In this document: one piece after another, positions 50,483 to 60,569 of the stretch
Numbering within the stretch: position 1 is the stretch's first letter
Layout of the letters: the number at the start of each line of letters is the position of its first letter
NCBI GenBank assembly: GCA_017646805.1
Contig: JAGCLW010000053.1
Span: forward strand, 22,088-86,087
Origin: Paludibacteraceae bacterium
GTDB lineage: Bacteria; Bacteroidota; Bacteroidia; Bacteroidales; Paludibacteraceae
Direction: 5' to 3'
Length of the DNA: 64,000 nucleotides
Notes under the pieces: generated by a model
Told to the model about the DNA's origin: nothing
The model's database searches: none
The model's input: only the letters and a program-made list of their open reading frames with translations
Position numbers and translations under genes: made by a program

Positions 50483-51088
50483 TTATTTAGAGTACAATTC
50501 GACAATTAATTGTTCTTTGATATTTTCAGGAATATCGGCACGTTCAGGCATGTGAAGGAATGTACCCGACATTGTAGCGTCGTTCCATTCGATCCAAGCG
50601 TATTTGCTATGCGATTGTCCGCTCAATGCATTAACAATCACTTCCATAGATTTGTCTTTTTCACGTACTGCAACAACTTGTCCTGCTTTTACTTGGTAAG
50701 AAGGAATGTTTACCACTTTACCATCAACAGTGATGTGTTTGTGGCTTACCAATTGACGAGCAGCGGCACGTGTTGGAGCGATACCCATACGATAAACAAC
50801 GTTGTCTAAACGAGATTCAAGCAATTGAAGCAAAACTTCCCCTTTTACACCTTTTGTACGAGAAGCTTTTTCAAACAAGTTACGGAATTGTTTTTCAAGC
50901 ACTCCGTAAGTATATTTTGCTTTTTGTTTTTCTTTTAACTGAACAGCATATTCAGTAAGTTTCTTTCTTTTGTTAGCACCGTGTTGTCCTGGAGCATAAT
51001 TTCTGCGAGAAAGAACTTTGTCTGGTCCAAAAATAGCTTCGCCGAATTTACGAGCGATTCTTGATTTAGGTCCTATATATCTTGCCAT
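50483..51088 (-). CDS. rpsD: 30S ribosomal protein S4
   Basis: Begins [17 protein letters not shown] and contains an S4 RNA-binding domain. Confidence 0.95.
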   Translation of the reverse strand: MARYIGPKSRIARKFGEAIFGPDKVLSRRNYAPGQHGANKRKKLTEYAVQLKEKQKAKYTYGVLEKQFRNLFEKASRTKGVKGEVLLQLLESRLDNVVYRMGIAPTRAAARQLVSHKHITVDGKVVNIPSYQVKAGQVVAVREKDKSMEVIVNALSGQSHSKYAWIEWNDATMSGTFLHMPERADIPENIKEQLIVELYSK

Positions 51089-51168
51089 TTTTTTTGTATT
51101 ATTTTAAATTGATTAAGATTTTCTAAATTCTTCTTAAAAAAGGAGAAAAGAAAATGTACTAAATTTAA

Positions 51169-51558
51169 TTACACACGACGTCTTTTAGGAGGACGACATC
51201 CATTGTGTGGAAGTGGAGTTACATCTACAATTTCAGTAACTTCAATACCAGCACCATGAACTGTACGGATAGCAGACTCACGACCATTACCTGGACCCTT
51301 AACATACGCTTTTACTTTTCTCAAACCGAGATCAAAAGCTACTTTTGCACAATCTTGTGCAGCCATTTGTGCAGCATAAGGAGTGTTCTTTTTAGAACCA
51401 CGGAATCCCATTTTACCTGCTGATGACCAAGATATCACTTGTCCTTCACCGTTTGTGATAGTAACAATGATATTGTTGAAAGAAGAGTGCACGTGTAGTT
51501 GTCCTACTCCGTCAACCTTTACCACTCTCTTTTTGGTTGCAACTGTTTTTTTTGCCAT
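51169..51558 (-). CDS. rpsK: 30S ribosomal protein S11
   Basis: Contains [27 protein letters not shown] and ends ...[13 protein letters not shown]. Confidence 0.95.
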   Translation of the reverse strand: MAKKTVATKKRVVKVDGVGQLHVHSSFNNIIVTITNGEGQVISWSSAGKMGFRGSKKNTPYAAQMAAQDCAKVAFDLGLRKVKAYVKGPGNGRESAIRTVHGAGIEVTEIVDVTPLPHNGCRPPKRRRV

Positions 51559-51600
51559 TTTATTACAATAATTTTTTTAATGCAAACATTAAGTTAGTTG

Positions 51601-51981
51601 TTATTTAGTTGCTTTTTTCTTGTTAGCAACAGTTTTCTTTTTACCCTTACGAGTACGTGCGTTGTTTTTCGTACTTTGACCACGCAAAGGAAGTCCGAGA
51701 CGATGACGAACACCACGATAACAACCGATATCCATCAAGCGTTTGATGTTTAATTGGATTTCAGAACGAAGATCACCTTCAACTTTGTATTCAGCACCGA
51801 TGATTTCACGGATTTTAGCTGATTGATCATCTGTCCAATCTTTCACTTTGATGTTGATATCAACACCTGCTTGCTCTAAAATGTGTTTCGCACTACTGCG
51901 ACCTATTCCGTAGATATAAGTTAAACCAACTTCACCTCTTTTGTTTTGAGGTAGATCTACTCCAGCAATTCTTATAGCCAT
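51601..51981 (-). CDS. rpsM: 30S ribosomal protein S13
   Basis: Begins [15 protein letters not shown] and contains [16 protein letters not shown]. Confidence 0.95.
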   Translation of the reverse strand: MAIRIAGVDLPQNKRGEVGLTYIYGIGRSSAKHILEQAGVDINIKVKDWTDDQSAKIREIIGAEYKVEGDLRSEIQLNIKRLMDIGCYRGVRHRLGLPLRGQSTKNNARTRKGKKKTVANKKKATK

Positions 51982-52021
51982 AAAATATAAAAACTAAAAA
52001 TTTCGTGCAAAGATACTAATT

Positions 52022-52138
52022 TTATCCTTGACGTTGTTTGTACTTAGGATTTTTTTTGTTAATAACATACAAACGACCTTTTCTGCGTACAATTTTGCAC
52101 TCAGCATCGCGTTTTTTAATTGAAGCTCTAACTTTCAT
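52022..52138 (-). CDS. rpmJ: 50S ribosomal protein L36 (single-Cys, zinc-ribbon-less form)
   Basis: Hand translation of the minus strand gives [38 protein letters not shown], 38 aa. It is below the ORF-track length cut-off. Confidence 0.9.
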   Translation of the reverse strand: MKVRASIKKRDAECKIVRRKGRLYVINKKNPKYKQRQG

Positions 52139-52152
52139 TTGTTATAAGTTTT

Positions 52153-52371
52153 TTATTTGTATCGGAAAGAGATACGTCCTTTTGTCAAATCGTATGGAGA
52201 CATTTCTACACGAACTTTGTCGCCAGGAAGTATTTTAATATAATGCATTCTCATTTTACCCGAAATGTGTGCGATGATTTCCACACCATTCTCAAGCTCT
52301 ACACGAAACATTGCGTTTGACAATGCTTCTGTGATAACGCCGTCTTGTTCTATTGCTGATTGTTTTGCCAT
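52153..52371 (-). CDS. infA: Translation initiation factor IF-1
   Basis: The sequence [29 protein letters not shown]...[30 protein letters not shown] is universal IF-1. Confidence 0.95.
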   Translation of the reverse strand: MAKQSAIEQDGVITEALSNAMFRVELENGVEIIAHISGKMRMHYIKILPGDKVRVEMSPYDLTKGRISFRYK

Positions 52372-52374
52372 AAA

Positions 52375-53151
52375 TTAATGTCCTAATACTTGTTCTATAT
52401 AATCAAAACTTGATAATATATCTGCTTTACCTTTTCTTATTGCAATGGTATGCTCGAAATGAGCTGAAGGCTTACGATCTACCGTTCGACAAGTCCAACC
52501 GTCACGTTCGATTAAAATGTCTCGAGAACCAAGATTTACCATCGGTTCGACAGCTATCACCATTCCCGATTTTAATTTTAAACCATTTGAACGACGACCA
52601 TAATTTGGCACTTCCGGTTCTTCATGAAGATGTCGACCCACACCATGACCGACCATTTCACGAACAACTGAAAAACCATTTTTTTCACAATGTTGTTGAA
52701 CTGCAAAACCTATATCTCCGATTCGTTTCCCTTCAACAGCTTGTTCAATTCCTAAATAGAGAGATTCTTTTGTCGTTTGCAACAAAAGACGAACTTCTTC
52801 TTTCACATCTCCTACACAAAACGTGTAAGCAGAATCGCTATGAAATCCGTTTTTGTATGCTCCACAATCAATCGAAATTACATCTCCATCTTTCAAAATC
52901 GTCTTCGCTGAAGGTATTCCATGAACGACTTGTTCGTTAATTGAAGCACAAATCGAGTTTGGAAATCCATTATAGTTTAAAAAACTTGGAACGGCACCAT
53001 TGTCTCGAATATACTCCTCTGCTCGTTTGTCAAGATCAAGAGTAGAAACTCCGGGAGCAATGAGTTTTGCCACTTCAGCCAAAGCCTTCGCAACGATTAA
53101 ATTATTCTCGCGAAGAACTTCAATTTCGTCATCCGTTTTTAAGAAAATCAT
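52375..53151 (-). CDS. map: Type I methionine aminopeptidase
   Basis: Metal-ligand motifs are present (DVISIDCGAYKNGFHSDSA, VGHGVGRHLHEEP, IAVEPM, HFEHT). Confidence 0.95.
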   Translation of the reverse strand: MIFLKTDDEIEVLRENNLIVAKALAEVAKLIAPGVSTLDLDKRAEEYIRDNGAVPSFLNYNGFPNSICASINEQVVHGIPSAKTILKDGDVISIDCGAYKNGFHSDSAYTFCVGDVKEEVRLLLQTTKESLYLGIEQAVEGKRIGDIGFAVQQHCEKNGFSVVREMVGHGVGRHLHEEPEVPNYGRRSNGLKLKSGMVIAVEPMVNLGSRDILIERDGWTCRTVDRKPSAHFEHTIAIRKGKADILSSFDYIEQVLGH

Positions 53152-53152
53152 C

Positions 53153-54499
53153 TTAATATGCAGCTACAGAACCTGTACGACCTTTGATACGACCAGATTT
53201 CAACAATCCATCATAATGACGCATCAATAAGTGACTCTCAATTTGTTGCAAAGTATCAAGAACCACACCTACCATGATAAGAAGAGATGTTCCTCCAAAG
53301 AATTGAGCAAATCCTGCACTGATTCCCATTTTTGTAGCAAAAGCAGGAAGAATAGCAACGATAGCCAAGAAGAAAGATCCCGGAAGAGTAATACGAGACA
53401 TTACTTCATCAAGATATTCCGCTGTTTTCTTACCAGGTTTAATACCAGGAATGAAACCGTTGTTACGCTTCATATCTTCTGCCATTTGAGTAGGATTGAT
53501 TGTGATCGCAGTATAAAAATATGTAAACGCAATAATCAATAATGCAAACACAAAATTATACCAAAAACCAGAATTATCCATGAATGCTTGCGTAAATGCA
53601 CTAACATCTCCATCGTTGCTTGCAAATCCGGCAAGCGTAATAGGGATAAACATAATTGCTTGTGCAAAGATGATTGGCATCACACCCGCAGCATTTACTT
53701 TCAATGGAAGATACTGACGAACACCACCATATTGTTTGTTTCCAATAACACGTTTAGCGTATTGTACAGGAATTTTACGAGTTCCTTGCACAAGAAGGAT
53801 ACTTAACGAAACAACAACGAACAAAATCACAATTTCAAGAATGAACATGATCAATCCACCTCCTGCTTCGTTGTATCGAGAAACAAACTCTTGAAGTAAT
53901 GATTCTGGAAGACGAGCTATAATACCGATAAGGATGATAAATGAAATACCATTTCCGATTCCTTTATCAGTGATACGTTCACCTAACCACATTACAAACA
54001 TACTTCCTGCACACAAAATGATTGTTGAAGAAATAGTAAACCACCATCCTTGAGGAAGAGCAGCTCCTACATAATTCAACTGAACACCAAGGTTTACAAG
54101 ATAAGTAGGTCCTTGAACCAACAATATCAACACCGTCAAATAACGAGTTATTTGATTCATCTTGCGACGACCGCTTTCGCCTTCACGTTGCATTTTTTGA
54201 AAATACGGAACAGCGATAGTAAGCAATTGTACCACGATCGAAGCCGAGATGTACGGCATAATACCAAGAGCAAATATAGAGGCATTAGAAAAGGCACCTC
54301 CCGAAAACATATCCAACAAAGACATCAAACCTCCTGCTGTTTGATTTTGCAAAGCAGTAAGTGATTCTGGATTAATACCAGGAAGTACAATGAAAGAACC
54401 AAAACGATAGATCAACACGAAAAGAAATGTGATCATCAATCGAGTACGAAGATCTTCAATGTTCCAGATATTCTTAATTGTCTCTATAAACTTCTTCAT
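53153..54499 (-). CDS. secY: Preprotein translocase subunit SecY
   Basis: 448-aa 10-TM protein with LDMFSGGAFSNASIFALGIMPYISASI. Confidence 0.95.
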   Translation of the reverse strand: MKKFIETIKNIWNIEDLRTRLMITFLFVLIYRFGSFIVLPGINPESLTALQNQTAGGLMSLLDMFSGGAFSNASIFALGIMPYISASIVVQLLTIAVPYFQKMQREGESGRRKMNQITRYLTVLILLVQGPTYLVNLGVQLNYVGAALPQGWWFTISSTIILCAGSMFVMWLGERITDKGIGNGISFIILIGIIARLPESLLQEFVSRYNEAGGGLIMFILEIVILFVVVSLSILLVQGTRKIPVQYAKRVIGNKQYGGVRQYLPLKVNAAGVMPIIFAQAIMFIPITLAGFASNDGDVSAFTQAFMDNSGFWYNFVFALLIIAFTYFYTAITINPTQMAEDMKRNNGFIPGIKPGKKTAEYLDEVMSRITLPGSFFLAIVAILPAFATKMGISAGFAQFFGGTSLLIMVGVVLDTLQQIESHLLMRHYDGLLKSGRIKGRTGSVAAY

Positions 54500-54510
54500 T
54501 TTTTATCTAA

Positions 54511-54957
54511 TTAGATTTTTACCACTGTTCCACCTGCTGCCACAATAGCTTCTTCTGCAGCTTTAGAGAAAGCATTTGCTTCTACAGTCAACTTAGAAGT
54601 TATAGCACCATTAGAAAGGATCTTTACTAATTGTTTTTTAGGAAGTAATCCTGCCGCACGAAGTTCTTCAACACCAACTTTTTCGAGATTAGAAGCAGAT
54701 GCCAAATCTTGAATTGTACCAAGATTGATTGCTTTATATTCTACACGATTGATGTTTTTGAAACCAAACTTAGGCAAACGGCGTTGCAAAGGCATTTGAC
54801 CTCCTTCGAAACCATTTTTACGAGAGTAACCAGAACGTGATTTTGCACCTTTGTGACCACGAGTAGAAGTGCCACCCAAACCAGAACCCGGACCACGTCC
54901 GATTCGTCTTTGAGAATGTACAGAACCTTCTGCTGGTTTTAAACTATTCAAATTCAT
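54511..54957 (-). CDS. rplO: 50S ribosomal protein L15
   Basis: Begins MNLNSLKPAEGS..RIGRGPGSGLGGTSTRGHKG. Confidence 0.95.
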   Translation of the reverse strand: MNLNSLKPAEGSVHSQRRIGRGPGSGLGGTSTRGHKGAKSRSGYSRKNGFEGGQMPLQRRLPKFGFKNINRVEYKAINLGTIQDLASASNLEKVGVEELRAAGLLPKKQLVKILSNGAITSKLTVEANAFSKAAEEAIVAAGGTVVKI

Positions 54958-54985
54958 CTTATTTCTTTTTTTTATTTTTCGTTAA

Positions 54986-55162
54986 TTATTCAACTACCAC
55001 TACCAAGTGTTTTACTTTTTCAATCATCCCACGGATAGCAGGAGTATCATTCAACTCTACAGTAGCGTTGAGTTTACGCAAACCAAGTGCTTCCAAAGTT
55101 AATTTTTGATTTTTTGGACATTTGATTTGACTTTTTACTTGTTTAATCTTAATCGTAGACAT
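54986..55162 (-). CDS. rpmD: 50S ribosomal protein L30
   Basis: Hand translation of the minus strand gives MSTIKIKQVKSQIKCPKNQKLTLEALGLRKLNATVELNDTPAIRGMIEKVKHLVVVVE, 58 aa. It is below the ORF-track cut-off. Confidence 0.9.
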   Translation of the reverse strand: MSTIKIKQVKSQIKCPKNQKLTLEALGLRKLNATVELNDTPAIRGMIEKVKHLVVVVE

Positions 55163-55174
55163 AATTTACTTTTT

Positions 55175-55690
55175 TTAGCCTTTGAATACTTTTTCCAAAG
55201 AAATTCCTCTGTTTTGAGCAACTGTATAAGCGTCACGCATTTCTCCAAGAGCTGCAATAGTTGCTTTTACTAAGTTGTGAGCATTTGACGAACCTTTAGA
55301 TTTTGCCAAAACGTCAACGATACCAGCACTTTCAAGCACAGCACGCATCGCACCCCCAGCTTTAAGTCCCGTACCGGGAGTTGCAGGTTTCAAAAGAATT
55401 TTTGAACCTTTAAATTTAGCAACTTGTTCGTGAGGAATAGTTCCTTTTCTCACAGGGACATGAATAAGATTTTTCTTTGCTGCTTCTACACCTTTTGCAA
55501 CAGCAGCAGAAACTTCACTTGCTTTACCAAGTCCCCAGCCTACAATACCGGCTTCGTTACCTACTACTACGATAGCAGAGAAACTAAACGTACGACCTCC
55601 TTTAGTTACTTTAGTAACGCGGTTTACTTTTACTACGCGTTCTTTCAACTCAAGATCGTTTGTTGATTTTACTTTATTATTAGCTTCCAT
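55175..55690 (-). CDS. rpsE: 30S ribosomal protein S5
   Basis: The sequence [38 protein letters not shown] is universal S5. Confidence 0.95.
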   Translation of the reverse strand: MEANNKVKSTNDLELKERVVKVNRVTKVTKGGRTFSFSAIVVVGNEAGIVGWGLGKASEVSAAVAKGVEAAKKNLIHVPVRKGTIPHEQVAKFKGSKILLKPATPGTGLKAGGAMRAVLESAGIVDVLAKSKGSSNAHNLVKATIAALGEMRDAYTVAQNRGISLEKVFKG

Positions 55691-55699
55691 GTTAATCTA

Positions 55700-56041
55700 T
55701 TAGAATTTTAAACCTCCTTTACGTGCTCCATCTGCAAGTTGTTGAACACGACCGTGATAAAGATATCCATTACGGTCAAACACAACTTCAGAAATACCAG
55801 CTGCAAGTGCAGCTTTAGCAACGAGTTCACCTACTTGTGCAGCTTGCTCTTTTTTAGTCATTTTACCTTCTAACTTAAGCGAAGATGCTGCAACCAAAGT
55901 TTTACCTTGAACATCATCAATCACTTGAGCATAAATTTGAGCATTGCTACGAAAAACTGTCAAACGTGGGCGTTCTGCTGTACCCGCTACTTTTCCACGG
56001 ATATACGCCTTGATTTTATTTCTTCTTTCTATTTTAGACAT
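55700..56041 (-). CDS. rplR: 50S ribosomal protein L18
   Basis: Contains [20 protein letters not shown] and [14 protein letters not shown]. Confidence 0.95.
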   Translation of the reverse strand: MSKIERRNKIKAYIRGKVAGTAERPRLTVFRSNAQIYAQVIDDVQGKTLVAASSLKLEGKMTKKEQAAQVGELVAKAALAAGISEVVFDRNGYLYHGRVQQLADGARKGGLKF

Positions 56042-56056
56042 CGTAAATTCCTTTCA

Positions 56057-56611
56057 TTATTTAGCACCAGCAGACTTACCAGCCTTACGACGGATAACTT
56101 CGCCAACGAACTTAACACCTTTTCCTTTGTAAGGTTCAGGTTTGCGGAAAGAACGAATCTTAGCACAAACTTGACCGATAAGTTGTTTGTCACAACTTTC
56201 AAGAATCACAAGAGGATTTTGGTTACGTTCTGATTTTGTTTCAACTTTAATTTCTTTTGGAAGACCTAAGAAAATGTTGTGTGTATATCCAAGTGAAAAA
56301 TCAAGGACTTGTCCATTGTTTGATACACGATATCCAACCCCAACTAATTCTAATTCTTTACGATAACCTTGAGAAACTCCAATCACCATATTATTGATAA
56401 GTGCACGATAAAGTCCATGTTTTGAACGAGATTCTTTATCATCATTCGCTCTTGTACATTTAACTTCTGCACCCTCTACTTCTACCGAAATGATTGGATC
56501 TACATATTGAGACAATTCTCCCTTTGGTCCTTTTACAGTAACAATTGAATCTGCAACCGAAACTGTAACACCGGCAGGGATACTAATTGGTAATTTTCCT
56601 ATTCTTGACAT
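56057..56611 (-). CDS. rplF: 50S ribosomal protein L6
   Basis: Begins MSRIGKLPISIPAGVTV and contains KGPKGEL. Confidence 0.95.
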   Translation of the reverse strand: MSRIGKLPISIPAGVTVSVADSIVTVKGPKGELSQYVDPIISVEVEGAEVKCTRANDDKESRSKHGLYRALINNMVIGVSQGYRKELELVGVGYRVSNNGQVLDFSLGYTHNIFLGLPKEIKVETKSERNQNPLVILESCDKQLIGQVCAKIRSFRKPEPYKGKGVKFVGEVIRRKAGKSAGAK

Positions 56612-56628
56612 GCTATAGACCTCCTACA

Positions 56629-57024
56629 TTAATAAACTGTACATAATAACTCGCCACCAATATTTAGTGCACGAGCTTCCTTATCTGTCATCACACCTTT
56701 TGATGTAGAAAGGATAGCAATACCTAAACCGTTAAGAACTGAAGGAATTTCTGCATGTCCAACGTATTTACGAAGACCAGGTGTAGAAACACGTGTTAAG
56801 TTCTTAATTGAATTCACTTTGTTGATAGGATCGTACTTAAGTGCAATCTTGATTGTTCCACGACAACCTTCCTCAACAAATTTGTAATTTAGAATATAGC
56901 CCTTTTCGTGCAATATTCTAGTGATTTCCTTCTTCAAATTAGAAGCAGGAACCTCTACCACTCGATGATTTGCTTTGATAGCATTTCTCAATCGAGTTAG
57001 GTAATCTGCAATTGGATCTGTCAT
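56629..57024 (-). CDS. rpsH: 30S ribosomal protein S8
   Basis: Begins MTDPIADYLTRLRNAIKA and contains GIAILSTSKGVMTDKEAR. Confidence 0.95.
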   Translation of the reverse strand: MTDPIADYLTRLRNAIKANHRVVEVPASNLKKEITRILHEKGYILNYKFVEEGCRGTIKIALKYDPINKVNSIKNLTRVSTPGLRKYVGHAEIPSVLNGLGIAILSTSKGVMTDKEARALNIGGELLCTVY

Positions 57025-57045
57025 TTGTAATTGATTTTAAATTGA

Positions 57046-57060
57046 TCTCGAAAATCGAGA
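57046..57060 (-). promoter_or_regulatory. Small hairpin 22 nt upstream of the rpsH start codon
   Basis: tctcga-aaa-tcgaga: a 6-bp stem with a 3-nt loop. Confidence 0.35.
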
Positions 57061-57137
57061 CAATATTTAAATATTAAAAAAAATATAAAGTTCTCTTTTT
57101 TTTGTCAATAGAAACCTATTCACACAAAGAAATTTTT

Positions 57138-57198
57138 AGAGGTATTTCCTAAGTTATCTCTTTGATCATCAGGAAGATAACAATAAAATACACCTCCA
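57138..57198 (-). promoter_or_regulatory. Two-tier hairpin in the predicted rpsH 5' leader (candidate cis-regulatory RNA)
   Basis: The inner stem is gttatct/agataac at 57153-57181. It is enclosed by an outer stem agaggtattt/aaatac(a)cctc(c). The structure lies between the -7 box at 57218 and the rpsH ATG. Confidence 0.35.
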
Positions 57199-57217
57199 AA
57201 ACGCTCCAAAAAGTTGA

Positions 57218-57225
57218 CAAAGATA
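57218..57225 (-). promoter_or_regulatory. -7 promoter box TATCTTTG inside the rpsN-rpsH spacer
   Basis: The plus strand reads caaagata. A TTTG-containing stretch (agtttttg on the minus strand) lies ~20 nt further upstream. The box sits 194 nt upstream of the rpsH ATG. Confidence 0.5.
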
Positions 57226-57255
57226 GTTATTTTATTTCAAAAACTGACAACTTTT

Positions 57256-57283
57256 GGAAAAAAAAGAGTCCAAAGACTCTTTT
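57256..57283 (-). terminator. Rho-independent terminator downstream of rpsN
   Basis: 9-bp stem aaaagagtc/gactctttt with a 4-nt loop, followed by a T-run on the minus strand. Confidence 0.65.
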
Positions 57284-57358
57284 CATTTTTTTTTAATTCG
57301 TTCCCAACGATAAAATTCGTTAGGAACGGATTAAAAAAAATATTTTTAGTAAAACTTC

Positions 57359-57628
57359 TTACCAACTTGCTTTTTTTACGCCTGGGATAAGACCCTTAGA
57401 AGCCATTTCTCTAAATTGGATACGAGAGATTCCAAACTGACGCATGTATCCTTTAGGACGACCTGTCATCTTGCAACGATTGTGAAGGCGAACAGGACTT
57501 GCGTTTTTTGGAAGAGATTGAAGTCCTTCATAATCTCCATCCGCAAGAAGTTGTGCTCTTTTTGCCGCAAATTTAGCAACTAATTTGGCTCTTTTTACTT
57601 CACGAGCCTTCATTGATTCTTTTGCCAT
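57359..57628 (-). CDS. rpsN: 30S ribosomal protein S14 (long, non-zinc form)
   Basis: Begins [17 protein letters not shown] and ends ...[43 protein letters not shown]. Confidence 0.95.
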   Translation of the reverse strand: MAKESMKAREVKRAKLVAKFAAKRAQLLADGDYEGLQSLPKNASPVRLHNRCKMTGRPKGYMRQFGISRIQFREMASKGLIPGVKKASW

Positions 57629-57644
57629 AACAAAATTTTAATTT

Positions 57645-58190
57645 TTATTTCTTTTTAAAAGGCAATCCAAATTCTCTAAGCAATGCGAATCCTTCTTCAT
57701 CTGTTTTTGCTGTAGTCACAAGAGTGATATTCATACCAGAAATTTTAGAAACTGATTCGATATTGATTTCTGGGAAAATAATTTGCTCTTGAATACCAAG
57801 AGTATAATTTCCACGTCCATCAAGTTTACTTTCGATACCTTTGAAGTCACGAATACGAGGAAGAGCAACACGAACAAGACGCTCTAAAAACTCATACATT
57901 TTTTCTCCACGAAGAGTTACACGAACACCGATAGGCATTTTTTTACGTAACTTAAAGTTAGAGATATCCTTTTTTGAAAGAGTTGGAACAGCTTTTTGCC
58001 CAGAAATTGCAGACATTTCATTGATTGCAACTTCAATTAATTTCTTATCTGCCACAGCATCTCCCAAACCTTGATTAAGAACAATTTTTTCTAATTTTGG
58101 GACTTGCATTACAGATTTGTAACCAAACTCTTTAGTTAATACGGAAACGATACGTTCTTTATAATCCGTTCTAAGACTTGTTGTATTCAT
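57645..58190 (-). CDS. rplE: 50S ribosomal protein L5
   Basis: Contains [17 protein letters not shown] and [20 protein letters not shown]. Confidence 0.95.
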   Translation of the reverse strand: MNTTSLRTDYKERIVSVLTKEFGYKSVMQVPKLEKIVLNQGLGDAVADKKLIEVAINEMSAISGQKAVPTLSKKDISNFKLRKKMPIGVRVTLRGEKMYEFLERLVRVALPRIRDFKGIESKLDGRGNYTLGIQEQIIFPEINIESVSKISGMNITLVTTAKTDEEGFALLREFGLPFKKK

Positions 58191-58510
58191 TATTTAATCT
58201 CCTCCCCTGACTTTTTAGCGTAACGTACCAATTTGTTGTCTGCATTCAATCTGCGACCGATACGTGTTGCTTTACCTGACTTAGGATCAACTACATTCAA
58301 ATTTGAAATATGAATAGGAGCCTCCTTCTTAACTATACCTCCTTGAGGATTTTTAGCATTTGGTTTAGTGTGCTTAGACACCATGTTGATACCTTCAACA
58401 ATTGCACGTTGTTTTTTTACAAGAACTTCCAACACGCGACCGGTATTACCTTTATCTTCACCGGCGTTTACATAAACGGTATCACCCTTTTTAATGTGTA
58501 ATTTACTCAT
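58190..58510 (-). CDS. rplX: 50S ribosomal protein L24
   Basis: Begins [29 protein letters not shown], which is a KOW motif. Confidence 0.95.
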   Translation of the reverse strand: MSKLHIKKGDTVYVNAGEDKGNTGRVLEVLVKKQRAIVEGINMVSKHTKPNAKNPQGGIVKKEAPIHISNLNVVDPKSGKATRIGRRLNADNKLVRYAKKSGEEIK

Positions 58511-58532
58511 TACTACTTTTTAGTTTACGAGA

Positions 58533-58898
58533 TTAAAGTACTTCAGGAGCCAAAGAGATAATCTTCATATTGGTCGCACGCAATTCTCTCGCCACAGGAC
58601 CAAAGATACGACTACCACGCATTTCTCCAGCATTGTTAAGAAGAACACAAGCATTGTCGTCGAAACGAATATATGAACCATCTGTACGACGAACTTCTTT
58701 CTTTGTTCTTACCACAACCGCCTTTGAAACAGCACCTTTTTTAACATCACTAGAAGGAATTGTACTCTTTACAGCAACTACGATAACGTCACCAACTGTT
58801 GCATAACGTTTACCAGTACCGCCTAAAACACGAATACACAATACTTCTTTTGCGCCGCTATTATCTGCGACTGCTAATCTAGTTTCAGGTTGTATCAT
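58533..58898 (-). CDS. rplN: 50S ribosomal protein L14
   Basis: Begins [27 protein letters not shown]. Confidence 0.95.
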   Translation of the reverse strand: MIQPETRLAVADNSGAKEVLCIRVLGGTGKRYATVGDVIVVAVKSTIPSSDVKKGAVSKAVVVRTKKEVRRTDGSYIRFDDNACVLLNNAGEMRGSRIFGPVARELRATNMKIISLAPEVL

Positions 58899-58900
58899 AA

Positions 58901-59155
58901 TTACTTAACTCTTTCAATAATTTCTATCAATCTCCATCTCTTTGACTTACTCAACGGACGAGTTTCCATAATACGAACCGTATCACCGATGTTACACTCG
59001 TTCTTTTCGTCATGAGCATGGTATTTTTTCGTTTTATTCACGAATTTTCCATAGATCGGATGTTTTTCTTTCCATTTTACAGCAACAGTGATTGTTTTAT
59101 CCATTTTGTTGCTAAAAACAACTCCAGATCTTTCTTTTCTTAAATTTCTTTCCAT
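58901..59155 (-). CDS. rpsQ: 30S ribosomal protein S17
   Basis: Contains [31 protein letters not shown] and [15 protein letters not shown]. Confidence 0.95.
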   Translation of the reverse strand: MERNLRKERSGVVFSNKMDKTITVAVKWKEKHPIYGKFVNKTKKYHAHDEKNECNIGDTVRIMETRPLSKSKRWRLIEIIERVK

Positions 59156-59167
59156 GACAATATAATA

Positions 59168-59365
59168 TTATTGTTGGTTAATCTCTCTCAAACGCAATTC
59201 TGTATTGATCTTTGCGATCGTTCTTCTTGCGTCTTTAATCTGCATAGGATTATCGAGAGGAGAAATGCTATGATTCAAGACAAGGCGATTAAGATTTTCC
59301 TTAGTTGCCACCAAACGTTCTTGAAGTTCGCTTGTTGTTAGTTCTTTAATTTCTCTTGTTTTCAT
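59168..59365 (-). CDS. rpmC: 50S ribosomal protein L29
   Basis: 65 aa, beginning MKTREIKELTTSELQERL. It sits between L16 and S17. Confidence 0.9.
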   Translation of the reverse strand: MKTREIKELTTSELQERLVATKENLNRLVLNHSISPLDNPMQIKDARRTIAKINTELRLREINQQ

Positions 59366-59371
59366 AATCTA

Positions 59372-59806
59372 TTATGCATTAATTAATGAGGCATCATAAT
59401 CTCTTCTGACGACGAACTTCGTTGTAATTGGCAACTTTTGAGCAGCAAGACGAAGAGCTTCTTTTGCTACTTCAAAAGGAACACCATCCACTTCGATAAT
59501 CATACGACCTGGAGTAACCGGAGCAACGAATCCTTCTGGAGCACCTTTACCTTTACCCATACGTACATCAGCAGGTTTTTTAGTAATCACCTTATCCGGG
59601 AAAATACGAATCCAAATCTGTCCTTGACGTTGCATATAACGTGTAACCGCGATACGAGCAGCTTCAATTTGACGACCTGTGATCCATTTTGTATCTAATG
59701 CTTTAATCCCGAATGACCCAAAAGCCAATTGGTTTCCGCGTTGAGCGTTACCTTTCAAACGGCCTTTTTGTTGTCTTCTGAATTTAGTCTTTCTTGGTTG
59801 TAACAT
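59372..59806 (-). CDS. rplP: 50S ribosomal protein L16
   Basis: Begins [16 protein letters not shown] and contains [10 protein letters not shown]. Confidence 0.95.
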   Translation of the reverse strand: MLQPRKTKFRRQQKGRLKGNAQRGNQLAFGSFGIKALDTKWITGRQIEAARIAVTRYMQRQGQIWIRIFPDKVITKKPADVRMGKGKGAPEGFVAPVTPGRMIIEVDGVPFEVAKEALRLAAQKLPITTKFVVRRDYDASLINA

Positions 59807-59832
59807 ATTTCTTACAATTCAAAAATCAATAC

Positions 59833-60555
59833 TTATTTTCTTTTCTTCTTAAAACCACCACGTTCGCCTCCACGACGTTCGTTATTTGAATGGTTGTCTT
59901 TAGAAGTAAACGAAGGAGCTAAATCGCGTTTTCCATAAACTTCACCCTTGCAAATCCAAACTTTGATACCAATCAAACCTACTTTTGTCAAAGCTTCAGC
60001 TTGAGCATAATCAATGTCTGCACGAAGTGTGTGAAGAGGAGTACGTCCTTCTTTAAACATTTCTGAACGAGCCATTTCAGCTCCATTCAAGCGACCTGAG
60101 ATCAATACCTTAATACCTTCAGCACCCATACGCATTGTAGAAGCAATTGCCATTTTAATAGCTTTTTTGTAAGCCACTTTTCCTTCTACTTGGCGAGCGA
60201 GATTGTTTGCAACAATCACTGCGTCGAGTTCTGGACGTTTAATTTCAAAAATGTTGATTTGAACATCTTTGTCTGTAATCTTTTTCAACTCTTCTTTTAG
60301 TTTGTCCACTTCTGCTCCTCCTTTTCCAATAATTTGTCCTGGACGTGCAGTGCAAACTGTAATAGTAACTAATTTAAGAGTTCTTTCAATTACGACACGA
60401 GAAACAGATGCTTTTGCTAAACGTGCATTAAGATATTTACGAATCTTGCTATCTTCAAGAAGAGTGTCGCCATAGTTGTTTCCACCATACCAGTTAGAAT
60501 CCCAACCTCTGATGATACCTAAACGATTGCTTATCGGATTTACTTTTTGTCCCAT
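59833..60555 (-). CDS. rpsC: 30S ribosomal protein S3
   Basis: Begins [23 protein letters not shown]. Has a KH domain and a basic C-terminal tail. Confidence 0.95.
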   Translation of the reverse strand: MGQKVNPISNRLGIIRGWDSNWYGGNNYGDTLLEDSKIRKYLNARLAKASVSRVVIERTLKLVTITVCTARPGQIIGKGGAEVDKLKEELKKITDKDVQINIFEIKRPELDAVIVANNLARQVEGKVAYKKAIKMAIASTMRMGAEGIKVLISGRLNGAEMARSEMFKEGRTPLHTLRADIDYAQAEALTKVGLIGIKVWICKGEVYGKRDLAPSFTSKDNHSNNERRGGERGGFKKKRK

Positions 60556-60569
60556 TATATAATAATTAA

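Noticed and set aside
57237-57290. A 17-codon minus-strand ORF (MKRVFGLFFFQKLSVFEI) inside the rpsN-rpsH spacer.
   Set aside because: It coincides with the terminator hairpin and its T-run, which explains the Phe and Leu codons. There is no independent support for translation.
57298-57330. The 12-bp hairpin directly after rpsN, considered as the rpsN terminator.
   Set aside because: On both strands it is preceded by a T-run and followed by an A-run, which is the reverse of an intrinsic terminator. The canonical terminator is the next hairpin at 57256-57283. I kept this one only as part of the spacer finding.
52022-57628. Zinc-ribbon-less L36 (single Cys) and long-form S14, considered as a sign of zinc-sparing paralogue replacement.
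   Set aside because: These are the only copies in the canonical operon positions, and C-minus forms are the usual state in Bacteroidota. This is a lineage trait, not an anomaly.
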